This document shows positions 29,276 to 43,507 of a DNA stretch of 64,000 nt, piece by piece. The position numbers and the translations under genes were made by a program. The notes under the pieces are model-generated. The model saw only the letters and a list, made by a program, of their open reading frames with translations. It searched no databases and had not been told where the DNA came from. The stretch lies in the NCBI RefSeq assembly GCF_009914755.1, contig NC_060948.1; one strand, given 5' to 3'. Every line of letters begins with the position of its first letter. Within the stretch, counting starts at the first letter, position 1. The DNA is from the human T2T-CHM13v2.0 reference genome, Homo sapiens.

Positions 29276-32200
29276 GGCCTGGAATAAAGTGGAATGCTAC
29301 GGTCTCGAATGGAATAAAAATGTATGGAATGGAATGCAATGAAACGGAATCGAATGTCATAGAATGTAATGGAATGCAAAAAAATGGAATCCAAAATCAT
29401 TGACTGGAAAGGCTGGGTGTCGAAAGGAATTGACTCCAATGGAATGGAATCGAATGGAATGGAAGTGAATAGAATCGAACTAAATCGAATGGAATGGAAT
29501 TGATAGGAACGGAATGGAAAGGAATGCAATGATTTGGCATGGAATGGAATCGAGTGGCATCGAATGGAATGGAATGGAATGCAATGGAATGGAATGTATT
29601 AGAATGTAATGAACTTTAATGGAATGTACTCGAATGGATTCGACTGGAATGGAATGTTCTGGAAGTGAATGGACTCCAATGGAATGGATTCAAAAGGAAT
29701 GGAATCGTACGGAATGGAATCTAATGGAATGGAATTAAATGGAAATGAATCAAATTGAATAGCACGGAATTGAATTGAATGGAATGGAATGCAATGGAAT
29801 CTAATGAAACGGAAAGGAAAGGAATGGAATGGAATGGGCTGGAATGGAAAGGAATCGAAACGAATGGAATGGAATCGAAGTGAAGAGACTGGAATGGAAT
29901 GCACTGGAATGGAAGGGAGTGTAATGGAAGGTTCTCGAAAAAAATGGAATCGAATGGAATGGAATTGAATGGAACGGAATAGAGTCGAATGGAATTGAAT
30001 GGAATGGAATGGACTAGAGTGAAATGGAATCGAACCACAAGGAATGGACAGGAATAGAATGGTCTCGAATTGAATGGAATCGTATGGAATGGCATCAAAC
30101 GGAATGGAATGGACAGCCACGGAATGGAATGCACTCGAATGCAATGGAGTCGAAACTAATGGACTGGAATAGAATGGACTCGACTGGTACGGACTCCAAT
30201 GGAATGGAATCGAATGGAAGGGAATGGAACGGAAGGGAATCGAACGGAATGGACTCGAAGGGAAAAGACTGCAATGGAAAGGTCTCGAATGGAATGGAAA
30301 TTAATGGAATGGAATGGAATCGAATGAAATGGAGTCAAAAGGAATGGAATCGAATGGCAAGAAATCGAATGTAATGGAATCGCCAGGAATTGATGTGAAC
30401 GGAACGGAATGGAATGGAATCCAAAGGAATGGAATAGAATGGAATGGAATCGAATGGAAAGGACTCGAATGGAAATCACTCGAATAGAATGCAATTTAAT
30501 AAAATAGGATCAAATGTAATGGAATGGAATGGAAAGGAATCGAAACGAAAGGAATGGAGACAGATGGAATGGAATGGAACAGAGAGCAATGGTATAGAAT
30601 GGAATGGAATCATCTGGAATGGAATTGAATTTAATGGAATAATATGAAATGGAATGGAATGGAATGGAATGGAATGCCCTTGAATTAAATGGACTGGAAT
30701 GGAATGGACTCAAACAGAGTGGAATGGAAAGTGTGGAGATAGAATGGAATGAACTCCTTTGGAATGGTGTAGTATGCAATGCAATCGACTGGCAGGGAAT
30801 CAAAAGGAATGTAATCGAATGGATTGGACTGGAATGCAATGGACTCGAATAGATTGGAAACGGAATGCAAAGGAATGGAATGGAATAGTATGTAATGCAA
30901 TGGAAGGGAATGGAGTGGAATAGACTAGAGTGGAATGGAATGTACTGGAAAGCAATGGACTGGAATGGAACTTTCTTGGATGGACTGGAATCAAACGGAA
31001 TGGAATGCAATGCAATCAAATGGCATGGAATAAAATAGAATGAAAGAGAATCAAATGGAATTGAATCGAATGGAATCGAATGGATTGGAAAGGAATAGAA
31101 TGGAATGGAATGGTATTGACTCAAATGGAATGGACTAGAATGGAATGGATTCGAATGGAAGGCAAAGGAAAGGAATCTATTGGAATGGACTGTAATGGAA
31201 TGGAATGGAAGGGATTGGAATGGACTCGAATGGAATGGACTGCAATAGAAAGGATTCGAATGGAATGAAAAAGAATTGAATGGAATAGAACAGAATGGAA
31301 TCAAATCGAATGAAATGGAATGGAATAGAAAGGAATGGAATGAAATGGAATGGAAAGGATTCGAATGGAATGCAATCGAATGGAATGGAATCGAACGGAA
31401 TGGAATAAAATGGAAGAAAACTGGCAAGAAATGGAATCGAAATGAATGGAGTGTTATGGAACGGACTCAAAAGGAATTGAATGTAACAGAATGGAGTGGA
31501 GTGGACTCGAATATAATGGAGTGGAATGGAATGAAATCACATGGAATGGGAACGAATGGAATGGAATGGAAAGGAATGGAATCGAATGGAAAGGAATCGA
31601 ATGGAAGGTAATGAAATTGAATCAACAGGAATGGAAGGGAATAGAATAGACTGTAATGGAATGGACTCGAATAGAATGGACACGAATGCTCAAATTAAAT
31701 GGACTCGAATGGAATGGAAACGAAAGGAATGTCATCGAATGGAATTGAATCGATTGGAATGAAATCGCATAGAATGGAGTGGAATCAAATGGAATTGAAT
31801 CGAAAGGAAAGGAAGCGAATGGACTGAAATGAAATGGAATGGAATTGAATGGAAAGTAATGCAATGGAATAGAATGGAACGAAATTTCACGGAATGGAAT
31901 CAAATCAAATGGAATGGAAAGGAATTGAATGGAGTAGATGGGATTGGATGGGATTGGAATGAAATGTACTGGAAAGGACTCGAATTTCATGAAACGGAAT
32001 GGAATGAATTGGAACGGAATGGACTCGAATGGAATGGAATGTCATGGGATGGCATCAAATGGAATGGCATCAAACTGAATGGAATCGAATGCAATGGAAT
32101 GCTACGGAATGGAATGGAATGCATTGGAATGGAATGTCCTCTAATGGAATGGATTCGAGTGGAATGGAATTGAATATAATGGAGTCGAATGAAATGGAAT

Positions 32201-32805
32201 TGAAAGGAATGGGATCGAATACAATGGAATATACTGGAATGTAATGTAATGAACTCGAATGTAATTGACTGGAATGGAATGTACATGAATGGAATGTAAT
32301 CGAATGGAAAGTAATCCAATGGAATAGAATCTAATGCAATAAAATCGACTCAGATAGAGTAGAATGTAATGGAATGGAGTGCAGTGCAATGGAATGGAAT
32401 GGAATGCAATGGAATGGAATGGAATGGAATGGAATGGAATGGAATGGAATGGAATGGGATGGAATGGTATGGAATGGATAGTAATGGACTGGAGTGAAAT
32501 GGACTGGAAAGGAATGGACTCAAATTGAAAGGGCTCGAAAGGAATGGAGTCAAATGGAATGGTCTGGAATGGAATGAACACGAATGTAATGCAACCCAAT
32601 AGAATGGAATCGAATGGCATGGAATATAAAGAAATGGAATCGAAGAGAATGGAAACAAATGGAATGGAATTGAATGGAATGGGAACGAATGGAGTGAAAT
32701 TGTATGCAGTAGAAGAGAATAGAATGGAATGCAAGCGAAAGGAAAGGAATGGATTGGAATGGAATGGAATTCATTGGAATGGAAGGGAATGTAGTGTAAT
32801 GGACA
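29276..32805. repeat. Unit H9, 3530 bp
   Basis: GGCC 29276 to 32806; 29-bp deletion near 31905. Confidence 0.88.
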
Positions 32806-35800
32806 GGCCTGGAATAAAGTGGAATGCTACGGTCTCGAATGGAATAAAAATGTATGGAATGGAATGCAATGAAACGGAATCGAATGTCATAGAATGTAAT
32901 GGAATGCAAAAAAATGGAATCCAAAATCATTGACTGGAAAGGCTGGGTGTCGAAAGGAATTGACTCCAATGGAATGGAATCGAATGGAATGGAAGTGAAT
33001 AGAATCGAACTAAATCGAATGGAATGGAATTGATAGGAACGGAATGGAAAGGAATGCAATGATTTGGCATGGAATGGAATCGAATGGCATCGAATGGAAT
33101 GGAATGGAATGCAATGGAATGGAATGTATTAGAATGTAATGAACTTTAATGGAATGTACTCGAATGGATTCGACTGGAATGGAATGTTCTGGAAGTGAAT
33201 GGACTCCAATGGAATGGATTCAAAAGGAATGGAATCGTACGGAATGGAATCTAATGGAATGGAATTAAATGGAAATGAATCAAATTGAATAGCACGGAAT
33301 TGAATTGAATGGAATGGAATGCAATGGAATCTAATGAAACGGAAAGGAAAGGAATGGAATGGAATGGAATGGGCTGGAATGGAAAGGAATCGAAACGAAT
33401 GGAATGGAATCGAAGTGAAGAGACTGGAATGGAATGCACTGGAATGGAAGGGAGTGTAATGGAAGGTTCTCGAAAAAAATGGAATCGAATGGAATGGAAT
33501 TGAATGGAACGGAATAGAGTCGAATGGAATTGAATGGAATGGAATGGACTAGAGTGAAATGGAATCGAACCACAAGGAATGGACAGGAATAGAATGGTCT
33601 CGAATTGAATGGAATCGTATGGAATGGCATCAAACGGAATGGAATGGACAGCCACGGAATGGAATGCACTCGAATGCAATGGAGTCGAAACTAATGGACT
33701 GGAATAGAATGGACTCGACTGGTACGGACTCCAATGGAATGGAATCGAATGGAAGGGAATGGAACGGAAGGGAATCGAACGGAATGGACTCGAAGGGAAA
33801 AGACTGCAATGGAAAGGTCTCGAATGGAATGGAAATTAATGGAATGGAATGGAATCGAATGAAATGGAGTCAAAAGGAATGGAATCGAATGGCAAGAAAT
33901 CGAATGTAATGGAATCGCCAGGAATTGATGTGAACGGAACGGAATGGAATGGAATCCAAAGGAATGGAATAGAATGGAATGGAATCGAATGGAAAGGACT
34001 CGAATGGAAATCACTCGAATAGAATGCAATTTAATAAAATAGGATCAAATGTAATGGAATGGAATGGAAAGGAATCGAAACGAAAGGAATGGAGACAGAT
34101 GGAATGGAATGGAACAGAGAGCAATGGTATAGAATGGAATGGAATCATCTGGAATGGAATTGAATTTAATGGAATAATATGAAATGGAATGGAATGGAAT
34201 GGAATGGAATGCCCTTGAATTAAATGGACTGGAATGGAATGGACTCAAACAGAGTGGAATGGAAAGTGTGGAGATAGAATGGAATGAACTCCTTTGGAAT
34301 GGTGTAGTATGCAATGCAATCGACTGGCAGGGAATCAAAAGGAATGTAATCGAATGGATTGGACTGGAATGCAATGGACTCGAATAGATTGGAAACGGAA
34401 TGCAAAGGAATGGAATGGAATAGTATGTAATGCAATGGAAGGGAATGGAGTGGAATAGACTAGAGTGGAATGGAATGTACTGGAAAGCAATGGACTGGAA
34501 TGGAACTTTCTTGGATGGACTGGAATCAAACGGAATGGAATGCAATGCAATCAAATGGCATGGAATAAAATAGAATGAAAGAGAATCAAATGGAATTGAA
34601 TCGAATGGAATCGAATGGATTGGAAAGGAATAGAATGGAATGGAATGGTATTGACTCAAATGGAATGGACTAGAATGGAATGGATTCGAATGGAAGGCAA
34701 AGGAAAGGAATCTATTGGAATGGACTGTAATGGAATGGAATGGAAGGGATTGGAATGGACTCGAATGGAATGGACTGCAATAGAAAGGATTCGAATGGAA
34801 TGAAAAAGAATTGAATGGAATAGAACAGAATGGAATCAAATCGAATGAAATGGAATGGAATAGAAAGGAATGGAATGAAATGGAATGGAAAGGATTCGAA
34901 TGGAATGCAATCGAATGGAATGGAATCGAACGGAATGGAATAAAATGGAAGAAAACTGGCAAGAAATGGAATCGAAATGAATGGAGTGTTATGGAACGGA
35001 CTCAAAAGGAATTGAATGTAACAGAATGGAGTGGAGTGGACTCGAATATAATGGAGTGGAATGGAATGAAATCACATGGAATGGGAACGAATGGAATGGA
35101 ATGGAAAGGAATGGAATCGAATGGAAAGGAATCGAATGGAAGGTAATGAAATTGAATCAACAGGAATGGAAGGGAATAGAATAGACTGTAATGGAATGGA
35201 CTCGAATAGAATGGACACGAATGCTCAAATTAAATGGACTCGAATGGAATGGAAACGAAAGGAATGTCATCGAATGGAATTGAATCGATTGGAATGAAAT
35301 CGCATAGAATGGAGTGGAATCAAATGGAATTGAATCGAAAGGAAAGGAAGCGAATGGACTGAAATGAAATGGAATGGAATTGAATGGAAAGTAATGCAAT
35401 GGAATAGAATGGAACGAAATTTCACGGAATGGAATCAAACTGAATGGAATCAAATCAATGGAATCAAATCAAATGGAATGGAAAGGAATTGAATGGAGTA
35501 GATGGGATTGGATGGGATTGGAATGAAATGTACTGGAAAGGACTCGAATTTCATGAAACGGAATGGAATGAATTGGAACGGAATGGACTCGAATGGAATG
35601 GAATGTCATGGGATGGCATCAAATGGAATGGCATCAAATGGAATGGAATCGAATGCAATGGAATGCTATGGAATGGAATGGAATGCATTGGAATGGAATG
35701 TCCTCTAATGGAATGGATTCGAGTGGAATGGAATTGAATATAATGGAGTCGAATGAAATGGAATTGAAAGGAATGGGATCAAATACAATGGAATATACTG

Positions 35801-36374
35801 GAATGTAAGGTAATGAACTCGAATGTAATTGACTGGAATGGAATGTACATGAATGGAATGTAATCGAATGGAAAGTAATCCAATGGAATAGAATCTAATG
35901 CAATAAAATCGACTCAGATAGAGTAGAATGTAATGGAATGGAGTGCAGTGCAATGGAATGGAATGGAATGCAATGGAATGGAATGGAATGGAATGGAATG
36001 GAATGGAATGGAATGGAATGGAATGGGATGGAATGGTATGGAATGGATAGTAATGGACTGGAGTGAAATGGACTGGAAAGGAATGGACTCAAATTGAAAG
36101 GGCTCGAAAGGAATGGAGTCAAATGGAATGGTCTGGAATGGAATGAACACGAATGTAATGCAACCCAATAGAATGGAATCGAATGGCATGGAATATAAAG
36201 AAATGGAATCGAAGAGAATGGAAACAAATGGAATGGAATTGAATGGAATGGGAACGAATGGAGTGAAATTGTATGCAGTAGAAGAGAATAGAATGGAATG
36301 CAAGCGAAAGGAAAGGAATGGATTGGAATGGAATGGAATTCATTGGAATGGAAGGGAATGTAGTGTAATGGACA
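32806..36374. repeat. Unit H10, 3569 bp
   Basis: GGCC 32806 to 36375. Confidence 0.88.
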
Positions 36375-39300
36375 GGCCTGGAATAAAGTGGAATGCTACG
36401 GTCTCGAATGGAATAAAAATGTATGGAATGGAATGCAATGAAACGGAATCGAATGTCATAGAATGTAATGGAATGCAAAAAAATGGAATCCAAAATCATT
36501 GACTGGAAAGGCTGGGTGTCGAAAGGAATTGACTCCAATGGAATGGAATCGAATGGAATGGAAGTGAATAGAATCGAACTAAATCGAATGGAATGGAATT
36601 GATAGGAACGGAATGGAAAGGAATGCAATGATTTGGCATGGAATGGAATCGAATGGCATCGAATGGAATGGAATGGAATGCAATGGAATGGAATGTATTA
36701 GAATGTAATGAACTTTAATGGAATGTACTCGAATGGATTCGACTGGAATGGAATGTTCTGGAAGTGAATGGACTCCAATGGAATGGATTCAAAAGGAATG
36801 GAATCGTACGGAATGGAATCTAATGGAATGGAATTAAATGGAAATGAATCAAATTGAATAGCACGGAATTGAATTGAATGGAATGGAATGCAATGGAATC
36901 TAATGAAACGGAAAGGAAAGGAATGGAATGGAATGGAATGGGCTGGAATGGAAAGGAATCGAAACGAATGGAATGGAATCGAAGTGAAGAGACTGGAATG
37001 GAATGCACTGGAATGGAAGGGAGTGTAATGGAAGGTTCTCGAAAAAAATGGAATCGAATGGAATGGAATTGAATGGAACGGAATAGAGTCGAATGGAATT
37101 GAATGGAATGGAATGGACTAGAGTGAAATGGAATCGAACCACAAGGAATGGACAGGAATAGAATGGTCTCGAATTGAATGGAATCGTATGGAATGGCATC
37201 AAACGGAATGGAATGGACAGCCACGGAATGGAATGCACTCGAATGCAATGGAGTCGAAACTAATGGACTGGAATAGAATGGACTCGACTGGTACGGACTC
37301 CAATGGAATGGAATCGAATGGAAGGGAATGGAACGGAAGGGAATCGAACGGAATGGACTCGAAGGGAAAAGACTGCAATGGAAAGGTCTCGAATGGAATG
37401 GAAATTAATGGAATGGAATGGAATCGAATGAAATGGAGTCAAAAGGAATGGAATCGAATGGCAAGAAATCGAATGTAATGGAATCGCCAGGAATTGATGT
37501 GAACGGAACGGAATGGAATGGAATCCAAAGGAATGGAATAGAATGGAATGGAATCGAATGGAAAGGACTCGAATGGAAATCACTCGAATAGAATGCAATT
37601 TAATAAAATAGGATCAAATGTAATGGAATGGAATGGAAAGGAATCGAAACGAAAGGAATGGAGACAGATGGAATGGAATGGAACAGAGAGCAATGGTATA
37701 GAATGGAATGGAATCATCTGGAATGGAATTGAATTTAATGGAATAATATGAAATGGAATGGAATGGAATGGAATGGAATGCCCTTGAATTAAATGGACTG
37801 GAATGGAATGGACTCAAACAGAGTGGAATGGAAAGTGTGGAGATAGAATGGAATGAACTCCTTTGGAATGGTGTAGTATGCAATGCAATCGACTGGCAGG
37901 GAATCAAAAGGAATGTAATCGAATGGACTGGACTGGAATGCAATGGACTCGAATAGATTGGAAACGGAATGCAAAGGAATGGAATGGAATAGTATGGAAT
38001 GCAATGGAAGGGAATGGAGTGGAATAGACTAGAGTGGAATGGAATGTACTGGAAAGCAATGGACTGGAATGGAACTTTCTTGGATGGACTGGAATCAAAC
38101 GGAATGGAATGCAATGCAATCAAATGGCATGGAATAAAATAGAATGAAAGAGAATCAAATGGAATTGAATCGAATGGAATCGAATGGATTGGAAAGGAAT
38201 AGAATGGAATGGAATGGTATTGACTCAAATGGAATGGACTAGAATGGAATGGATTCGAATGGAAGGCAAAGGAAAGGAATCTATTGGAATGGACTGTAAT
38301 GGAATGGAATGGAAGGGATTGGAATGGACTCGAATGGAATGGACTGCAATAGAAAGGATTCGAATGGAATGAAAAAGAATTGAATGGAATAGAACAGAAT
38401 GGAATCAAATCGAATGAAATGGAATGGAATAGAAAGGAATGGAATGAAATGGAATGGAAAGGATTCGAATGGAATGCAATCGAATGGAATGGAATCGAAC
38501 GGAATGGAATAAAATGGAAGAAAACTGGCAAGAAATGGAATCGAAATGAATGGAGTGTTATGGAACGGACTCAAAAGGAATTGAATGTAACAGAATGGAG
38601 TGGAGTGGACTCGAATATAATGGAGTGGAATGGAATGAAATCACATGGAATGGGAACGAATGGAATGGAATGGAAAGGAATGGAATCGAATGGAAAGGAA
38701 TCGAATGGAAGGTAATGAAATTGAATCAACAGGAATGGAAGGGAATAGAATAGACTGTAATGGAATGGACTCGAATAGAATGGACACGAATGCTCAAATT
38801 AAATGGACTCGAATGGAATGGAAACGAAAGGAATGTCATCGAATGGAATTGAATCGATTGGAATGAAATCGCATAGAATGGAGTGGAATCAAATGGAATT
38901 GAATCGAAAGGAAAGGAAGCGAATGGACTGAAATGAAATGGAATGGAATTGAATGGAAAGTAATGCAATGGAATAGAATGGAACGAAATTTCACGGAATG
39001 GAATCAAACTGAATGGAATCAAATCAATGGAATCAAATCAAATGGAATGGAAAGGAATTGAATGGAGTAGATGGGATTGGATGGGATTGGAATGAAATGT
39101 ACTGGAAAGGACTCGAATTTCATGAAACGGAATGGAATGAATTGGAACGGAATGGACTCGAATGGAATGGAATGTCATGGGATGGCATCAAATGGAATGG
39201 CATCAAATGGAATGGAATCGAATGCAATGGAATGCTATGGAATGGAATGGAATGCATTGGAATGGAATGTCCTCTAATGGAATGGATTCGAGTGGAATGG

Positions 39301-39938
39301 AATTGAATATAATGGAGTCGAATGAAATGGAATTGAAAGGAATGGGATCAAATACAATGGAATATACTGGAATGTAAGGTAATGAACTCGAATGTAATTG
39401 ACTGGAATGGAATGTACATGAATGGAATGTAATCGAATGGAAAGTAATCCAATGGAATAGAATCTAATGCAATAAAATCGACTCAGATAGAGTAGAATGT
39501 AATGGAATGGAGTGCAGTGCAATGGAATGGAATGGAATGCAATGGAATGGAATGGAATGGAATGGAATGGAATGGAATGGAATGGAATGGGATGGAATGG
39601 TATGGAATGGATAGTAATGGACTGGAGTGAAATGGACTGGAAAGGAATGGACTCAAATTGAAAGGGCTCGAAAGGAATGGAGTCAAATGGAATGGTCTGG
39701 AATGGAATGAACACGAATGTAATGCAACCCAATAGAATGGAATCGAATGGCATGGAATATAAAGAAATGGAATCGAAGAGAATGGAAACAAATGGAATGG
39801 AATTGAATGGAATGGGAACGAATGGAGTGAAATTGTATGCAGTAGAAGAGAATAGAATGGAATGCAAGCGAAAGGAAAGGAATGGATTGGAATGGAATGG
39901 AATTCATTGGAATGGAAGGGAATGTAGTGTAATGGACA
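36375..39938. repeat. Unit H11, 3564 bp (canonical DYZ1 length)
   Basis: GGCC 36375 to 39939. Confidence 0.88.
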
Positions 39939-42900
39939 GGCCTGGAATAAAGTGGAATGCTACGGTCTCGAATGGAATAAAAATGTATGGAATGGAATGC
40001 AATGAAACGGAATCGAATGTCATAGAATGTAATGGAATGCAAAAAAATGGAATCCAAAATCATTGACTGGAAAGGCTGGGTGTCGAAAGGAATTGACTCC
40101 AATGGAATGGAATCGAATGGAATGGAAGTGAATAGAATCGAACTAAATCGAATGGAATGGAATTGATAGGAACGGAATGGAAAGGAATGCAATGATTTGG
40201 CACGGAATGGAATCGAATGGCATCGAATGGAATGGAATGGAATGCAATGGAATGGAATGTATTAGAATGTAATGAACTTTAATGGAATGTACTCGAATGG
40301 ATTCGACTGGAATGGAATGTTCTGGAAGTGAATGGACTCCAATGGAATGGATTCAAAAGGAATGGAATCGTACGGAATGGAATCTAATGGAATGGAATTA
40401 AATGGAAATGAATCAAATTGAATAGCACGGAATTGAATTGAATGGAATGGAATGCAATGGAATCTAATGAAACGGAAAGGAAAGGAATGGAATGGAATGG
40501 AATGGGCTGGAATGGAAAGGAATCGAAACGAATGGAATGGAATCGAAGTGAAGAGACTGGAATGGAATGCACTGGAATGGAAGGGAGTGTAATGGAAGGT
40601 TCTCGAAAAAAATGGAATCGAATGGAATGGAATTGAATGGAACGGAATAGAGTCGAATGGAATTGAATGGAATGGAATGGACTAGAGTGAAATGGAATCG
40701 AACCACAAGGAATGGACAGGAATAGAATGGTCTCGAATTGAATGGAATCGTATGGAATGGCATCAAACGGAATGGAATGGACAGCCACGGAATGGAATGC
40801 ACTCGAATGCAATGGAGTCGAAACTAATGGACTGGAATAGAATGGACTCGACTGGTACGGACTCCAATGGAATGGAATCGAATGGAAGGGAATGGAACGG
40901 AAGGGAATCGAACGGAATGGACTCGAAGGGAAAAGACTGCAATGGAAAGGTCTCGAATGGAATGGAAATTAATGGAATGGAATGGAATCGAATGAAATGG
41001 AGTCAAAAGGAATGGAATCGAATGGCAAGAAATCGAATGTAATGGAATCGCCAGGAATTGATGTGAACGGAACGGAATGGAATGGAATCCAAAGGAATGG
41101 AATAGAATGGAATGGAATCGAATGGAAAGGACTCGAATGGAAATCACTCGAATAGAATGCAATTTAATAAAATAGGATCAAATGTAATGGAATGGAATGG
41201 AAAGGAATCGAAACGAAAGGAATGGAGACAGATGGAATGGAATGGAACAGAGAGCAATGGTATAGAATGGAATGGAATCATCTGGAATGGAATTGAATTT
41301 AATGGAATAATATGAAATGGAATGGAATGGAATGGAATGGAATGCCCTTGAATTAAATGGACTGGAATGGAATGGACTCAAACAGAGTGGAATGGAAAGT
41401 GTGGAGATAGAATGGAATGAACTCCTTTGGAATGGTGTAGTATGCAATGCAATCGACTGGCAGGGAATCAAAAGGAATGTAATCGAATGGATTGGACTGG
41501 AATGCAATGGACTCGAATAGATTGGAAACGGAATGCAAAGGAATGGAATGGAATAGTATGGAATGCAATGGAAGGGAATGGAGTGGAATAGACTAGAGTG
41601 GAATGGAATGTACTGGAAAGCAATGGACTGGAATGGAACTTTCTTGGATGGACTGGAATCAAACGGAATGGAATGCAATGCAATCAAATGGCATGGAATA
41701 AAATAGAATGAAAGAGAATCAAATGGAATTGAATCGAATGGAATCGAATGGATTGGAAAGGAATAGAATGGAATGGAATGGTATTGACTCAAATGGAATG
41801 GACTAGAATGGAATGGATTCGAATGGAAGGCAAAGGAAAGGAATCTATTGGAATGGACTGTAATGGAATGGAATGGAAGGGATTGGAATGGACTCGAATG
41901 GAATGGACTGCAATAGAAAGGATTCGAATGGAATGAAAAAGAATTGAATGGAATAGAACAGAATGGAATCAAATCGAATGAAATGGAATGGAATAGAAAG
42001 GAATGGAATGAAATGGAATGGAAAGGATTCGAATGGAATGCAATCGAATGGAATGGAATCGAACGGAATGGAATAAAATGGAAGAAAACTGGCAAGAAAT
42101 GGAATCGAAATGAATGGAGTGTTATGGAACGGACTCAAAAGGAATTGAATGTAACAGAATGGAGTGGAGTGGACTCGAATATAATGGAGTGGAATGGAAT
42201 GAAATCACATGGAATGGGAACGAATGGAATGGAATGGAAAGGAATGGAATCGAATGGAAAGGAATCGAATGGAAGGTAATGAAATTGAATCAACAGGAAT
42301 GGAAGGGAATAGAATAGACTGTAATGGAATGGACTCGAATAGAATGGACACGAATGCTCAAATTAAATGGACTCGAATGGAATGGAAACGAAAGGAATGT
42401 CATCGAATGGAATTGAATCGATTGGAATGAAATCGCATAGAATGGAGTGGAATCAAATGGAATTGAATCGAAAGGAAAGGAAGCGAATGGACTGAAATGA
42501 AATGGAATGGAATTGAATGGAAAGTAATGCAATGGAATAGAATGGAACGAAATTTCACGGAATGGAATCAAACTGAATGGAATCAAATCAATGGAATCAA
42601 ATCAAATGGAATGGAAAGGAATTGAATGGAGTAGATGGGATTGGATGGGATTGGAATGAAATGTACTGGAAAGGACTCGAATTTCATGAAACGGAATGGA
42701 ATGAATTGGAACGGAATGGACTCGAATGGAATGGAATGTCATGGGATGGCATCAAATGGAATGGCATCAAATGGAATGGAATCGAATGCAATGGAATGCT
42801 ATGGAATGGAATGGAATGCATTGGAATGGAATGTCCTCTAATGGAATGGATTCGAGTGGAATGGAATTGAATATAATGGAGTCGAATGAAATGGAATTGA

Positions 42901-43507
42901 AAGGAATGGGATCGAATACAATGGAATATACTGGAATGTAAGGTAATGAACTCGAATGTAATTGACTGGAATGGAATGTACATGAATGGAATGTAATCGA
43001 ATGGAAAGTAATCCAATGGAATAGAATCTAATGCAATAAAATCGACTCAGATAGAGTAGAATGTAATGGAATGGAGTGCAGTGCAATGGAATGGAATGGA
43101 ATGCAATGGAATGGAATGGAATGGAATGGAATGGAATGGAATGGAATGGAATGGAATGGGATGGAATGGTATGGAATGGATAGTAATGGACTGGAGTGAA
43201 ATGGACTGGAAAGGAATGGACTCAAATTGAAAGGGCTCGAAAGGAATGGAGTCAAATGGAATGGTCTGGAATGGAATGAACACGAATGTAATGCAACCCA
43301 ATAGAATGGAATCGAATGGCATGGAATATAAAGAAATGGAATCGAAGAGAATGGAAACAAATGGAATGGAATTGAATGGAATGGGAACGAATGGAGTGAA
43401 ATTGTATGCAGTAGAAGAGAATAGAATGGAATGCAAGCGAAAGGAAAGGAATGGATTGGAATGGAATGGAATTCATTGGAATGGAAGGGAATGTAGTGTA
43501 ATGGACA
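39939..43507. repeat. Unit H12, 3569 bp
   Basis: GGCC 39939 to 43508. Confidence 0.88.
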
